Part shown: positions 61,201-64,000 of the stretch, piece after piece
How the letters are laid out: the number at the start of each line of letters is the position of its first letter
Position numbering within the stretch: position 1 is the stretch's first letter
Origin: Lepidodermella squamata
Taxonomy: Eukaryota > Animalia > Gastrotricha
Assembly (NCBI GenBank): GCA_047495785.1
Contig: JBLDXI010000013.1
Location: forward strand, 1,736,001-1,800,000
Direction: 5' to 3'
Length of the DNA stretch: 64,000 bases
Made by a program: the position numbers and the translations under genes
Notes under the pieces: model-generated
The model's database searches: none
What the model was told of the DNA's origin: nothing
Seen by the model: the letters and a program-made list of their open reading frames with translations, nothing else

Positions 61201-63959
61201 TGCCAAGAAAAAGACTGACTCGCCGAAATCCCCCGAGTTGAAGGAACCCTCTAAACCACCGTCGCCTGACCTGAAGAAGCCTGAAGAAGCGGTTCTAAAA
61301 CCAAAGCCGCCTCCATCTGAAAAAGTATCACCTAGCGATAAGCAGGAGCCTAAATCCGCTGAGAAAAGAACCGAGTCCCCGAAATCCAAGGAACCAGCGA
61401 AATCTCCTTCTCCAGAATTGAAGAAGCCCGAGGTGAAGGATGAAAAGCCACACACGCCCTCGCCTGCCACAGCTCCTCCTGTCGAAAAGAAGGAGCCTGA
61501 ATCTACTGGGAAACCGAAGTCAGTTGAACCTAAGGAACCTGGTAAAGCGCCATCTCCTGAATTGAAGAAGCCGGAACCAGCTAAACCTCCGTCTCCAGAA
61601 TTGAAGAAGCCCGAGGTGAAAGATGAAAAGCCTCTCGCGCCCTCTTCTGCTACGGCGGGAGACAAGAAGGAGCCTGAACCTCCTGGGAAACCGAAGTCAG
61701 CTGAACCTACGGAACCTGGTAAAGCGCCATCTCCTGAATTGAAGAAGCCGGAAGTTCAAAAACCGAAATCGCCCTCTCCCGAAGAGCAGAAGAAGAGCGA
61801 GCCAGCCAAAGCACCGGCTGGTGACGTCAAGAAGCCGGAACCTGTTGAACAACGAAAAGCCGAACCAGAAACTCCCGTTCAGGGAAAGGCTTCTCCGGAA
61901 ATCCCTGCAGAAACTCCTAAGAAACCAGTCGAAAGTAAACCAAAAGCAGGAGATGTTGACAAGAAGGAGAAGCAAGTCTCCCCTGAGAAACCCGCCGAGA
62001 AGCCTGCCATTAAAGATTCAGCTGAAAAATTGAAGGGAAATAAAGCGGAGCCGAAAGTTGAGGAGAAGAGCCAGCCAAAACAGCCACCTCTCGAATCGTC
62101 GAAGGAACCTGAGGGAAAGGTTCCTGAAAAACTTAAAAAATCAACAGAGAAACAAGCCCCGGTAGCCCCGGAAAAACCGCAAGAAACACCAGATATTCCT
62201 CCTAAGACCTCGAAACCATCTCCGCTTGAGTTAAGTCTAGCTAAAGGGAAGCTTAAAGTCGCACCACCACCAGACATAAAGAATTTCCCATCTGCCGATC
62301 AGGATGTTGAGACTTCCACCGAGGTTACTTTGTCGACTTACAGCGAAGAAACAGCGTCAACCGAAGCTACCATTACATTGACTGAAACAGAGCAAAAGCC
62401 GATCGAGAAAAACGAGCCCAAATCAGTTGAAAAGAAGGCTGATCTCCATTCTCAGAAGGATAAAGCGCCATCTGTTGTAGAAGAGCTTGCAACTGTGAGG
62501 ATAGACGAAAAGCATGAGGCTGAAAACGTTGAGAAACCGAAAGAATCTAAGAGAGAAGAGACCAAAGCTAAATCTTCTGTTGAAGCAGTAAAAACCTCGG
62601 AATCCAAGGTAGAAGTAGCTGCTGAAAAGAAACCAGTGGAAGAAGTTAAACGGGTTCAGCCACAGCCAATACCCGAGGAACACAAGCCCACTAACTTAGT
62701 TGAGGCCAAGCCCGACAATAAGAAGACACCTTCCCCGGAAAAGAAGCCTTCAGTTGATCCTAAATCGTCTGGTATCGAATCTAAAAAGGAGAAACCAGCA
62801 TCAACGAAATCAGCACAGCCACCAGCTGAGACTACTACTGCATCAGCTGAGTTGACAATGGACTTGCCCAGTTCACCTGAGCTCGTCGAAACCTCAACAA
62901 CTTTGAAACTTGAAGAAAAATCCTCTCCAAAACAAAAACAAGCTGCAGAGCCAACAAATGTTACAACTAAGCTGCAACCTAAACCGGCAGAAACCGCGCC
63001 ATCGACCGAGAAGAAGAAGGACGCGAAAGAAGTCGAACAGAAAAAGCCGGAGGTTGCGCAGAAAAAAGATCAGCCAAAAACGAAAGAGGCATCGCCGAAA
63101 GAGGAAGTCAAGACTGAAGATTTGGCGAAGAAAACCTTACCAGAGGAACCGAAGAAATCGCCAGATCAGAAGCCCAAGCTAGATGAAGCCAAGCCGGCCC
63201 AAGTATCAAAGCCTGCCTCGACAAAAGATGGAGATAAATCGGTAGATAAGCCGAGCGGTTCAGTTCTACAACAGAAAGTTGAGCCGGTTGAGGAAACAAA
63301 GAAGACTGAAGTGCCCAAAGCTGAATCTATCACTCCTGTAGACAAAACATCGAAGAAAAAAGATGAAGAAGCCAAGCCCTCAGATGCCACAAAGAAGGAT
63401 ACGAAAGTGAAACCTCAGGAAACAGATTTAAAACCGAAGATTGAACCGCAACGGAAACCCTCGATCAAAGACGATGAGAAAAAAGCTGTTGCACCCGAGC
63501 AACCAGCTAGCAAAACCTCTGCTGAATCAAAGGAACAAGAAACAGCGAAAAAGCCTGAAAGCAAAGTCGAGGATGCACCAAAACAACCCGTTGCCAAACC
63601 TAAAAAGGAGGACGAGGCAAAGATCTCGAAACCTGAAGAGTCTACAAAAGAACCAGAATCTAAGCCTAAATTAAAGCCGGGACTGAAAGAGCCGGCGAAA
63701 CCTAAGGAGGATTTGGCTAAGCAAATTGGAAAAGGTCAGCTTAAAGGCGCTGATAGCCGTAAATCATCGATTGCGGAAAGTGTTGAGTCTGTTGCATCGG
63801 AGAAATTGAAAGCTGGATCCCTGTCCGATTCTCAGTCGTCCCTTTCGAAGACTAGTACTACCGTTGAGAGTTCCAAGATAGAGGAGGGAGGCAGTCGACA
63901 GCGCGTTTCGTCTGACGATACTCTCTCCCAAGCCGGATCTGAATCTGCCTCTGGTGAAG
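30876..63959 (+). CDS. sls: Titin/Sallimus(kettin)-like giant muscle protein, 3' end beyond the window (about 45 Ig domains plus unique and PEVK-like regions)
   Basis: Hand-spliced exons: 30876-31254, 31340-32134, 32301-34146, 34334-35931, 35988-36635, 37443-37636, 37700-39541, 39597-39941, 40141-42501, 42635-45213, 45269-46230, 46284-46399, 46463-46628, 48305-48373, 49389-50903, 51250-51351, 51477-51761, 51813-52172, 52227-53209, 53259-53517, 53567-59896, 60227-60532, 60693-~63959; all phases compatible. Contains the diagnostic kettin/titin Ig AHFECRLVPIGDPNMQLQWF...YDFGFV followed by EGDPARFRCQVVGHPRPRV. Confidence 0.88.
47165..47748 (+). CDS. Candidate alternative terminal exon of the titin locus
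   Basis: Acceptor tctctacag|, phase 1 matching the 46628 donor. About 194 open codons to TAA at 47748. AATAAA at 48009-48014. Confidence 0.6.
54001..59370 (+). repeat. Seven copies of a two-Ig (A-B) super-repeat inside the 6.3-kb exon
   Basis: A: PLIVRPIQSxTCxEEETVSFTCELSKxNxKxKWLKxGKEL...; B: PAPVKILRPLxNVxCxExETVTLVAEVSSExAxVEWVKG...EGKVHKLVI...DSAQFAIxVGDQISTAALTV. Pairs begin at about 54001, 54570, 55240, 55805, 57508, 58070, 58845. Confidence 0.9.
56338..57372 (+). repeat. Ten coding tandem repeats alternating 35/34 aa (207-bp dimer), Q/V/T/A-rich
   Basis: QAQVAEG...VVT...QAATTxQPTI. The DNA unit start at 56443 recurs at 56650 (207 bp). Confidence 0.92.
60983..61790 (+). repeat. KSP/PSP-rich coding repeats in the PEVK-like exon (156-bp duplication plus a ~180-bp duplication)
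   Basis: QKPKSPSPDKAAP.EKKEPEP.KKKTDSPKSPELKEPSKPPSPDLKKPEE at 60983 and 61139. EPAK.PSPELKKPEVKDEKP...EPGKAPSPELKKP occurs twice at about 61391 and 61574. Confidence 0.9.
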
Positions 63960-64000
63960 GTAAAACTGCGAAATGGGTGCAATCTGTTTAGAAGATTAGC

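Noticed and set aside
1-64000. CRISPR array, prokaryotic operon or defence system
   Set aside because: The sequence is intron-containing animal DNA. All periodic repeats are coding or microsatellites, without a unique-spacer structure.

Overview
Eukaryotic (invertebrate animal) DNA from a compact genome: mostly 50-65 nt GT-AG introns and no visible CpG depletion. The species cannot be named from sequence alone. Left to right: (1) the 5' part of a signal-peptide-bearing LRR gene (- strand, runs off the window); (2) about 7.8 kb of apparently non-coding sequence; (3) three intact, tandem head-to-tail DEG/ENaC (ASIC/ENaC-family) channel genes on the - strand (about 685, 633 and 623 aa by hand splicing); (4) transcribed divergently from them, a >43 kb titin/Sallimus-type locus on the + strand that runs off the right end. 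This locus starts with a CCDC141/Zormin-like module (spectrin-like repeats + 7 Ig). It then has what looks like an internal first exon, a titin Z-disc/kettin-like Ig series with only one kettin-type repeat, long unique regions with unfamiliar repeats, candidate alternative terminal and cassette exons, a 7x Ig-pair super-repeat, a 10x 34/35-aa repeat and a KSP-rich PEVK-like exon. No Fn3 or kinase domain is seen in the window. No rRNA, tRNA, CRISPR or transposase was recognised. All gene models were spliced by hand and homologies were recalled from memory; no searches were run.
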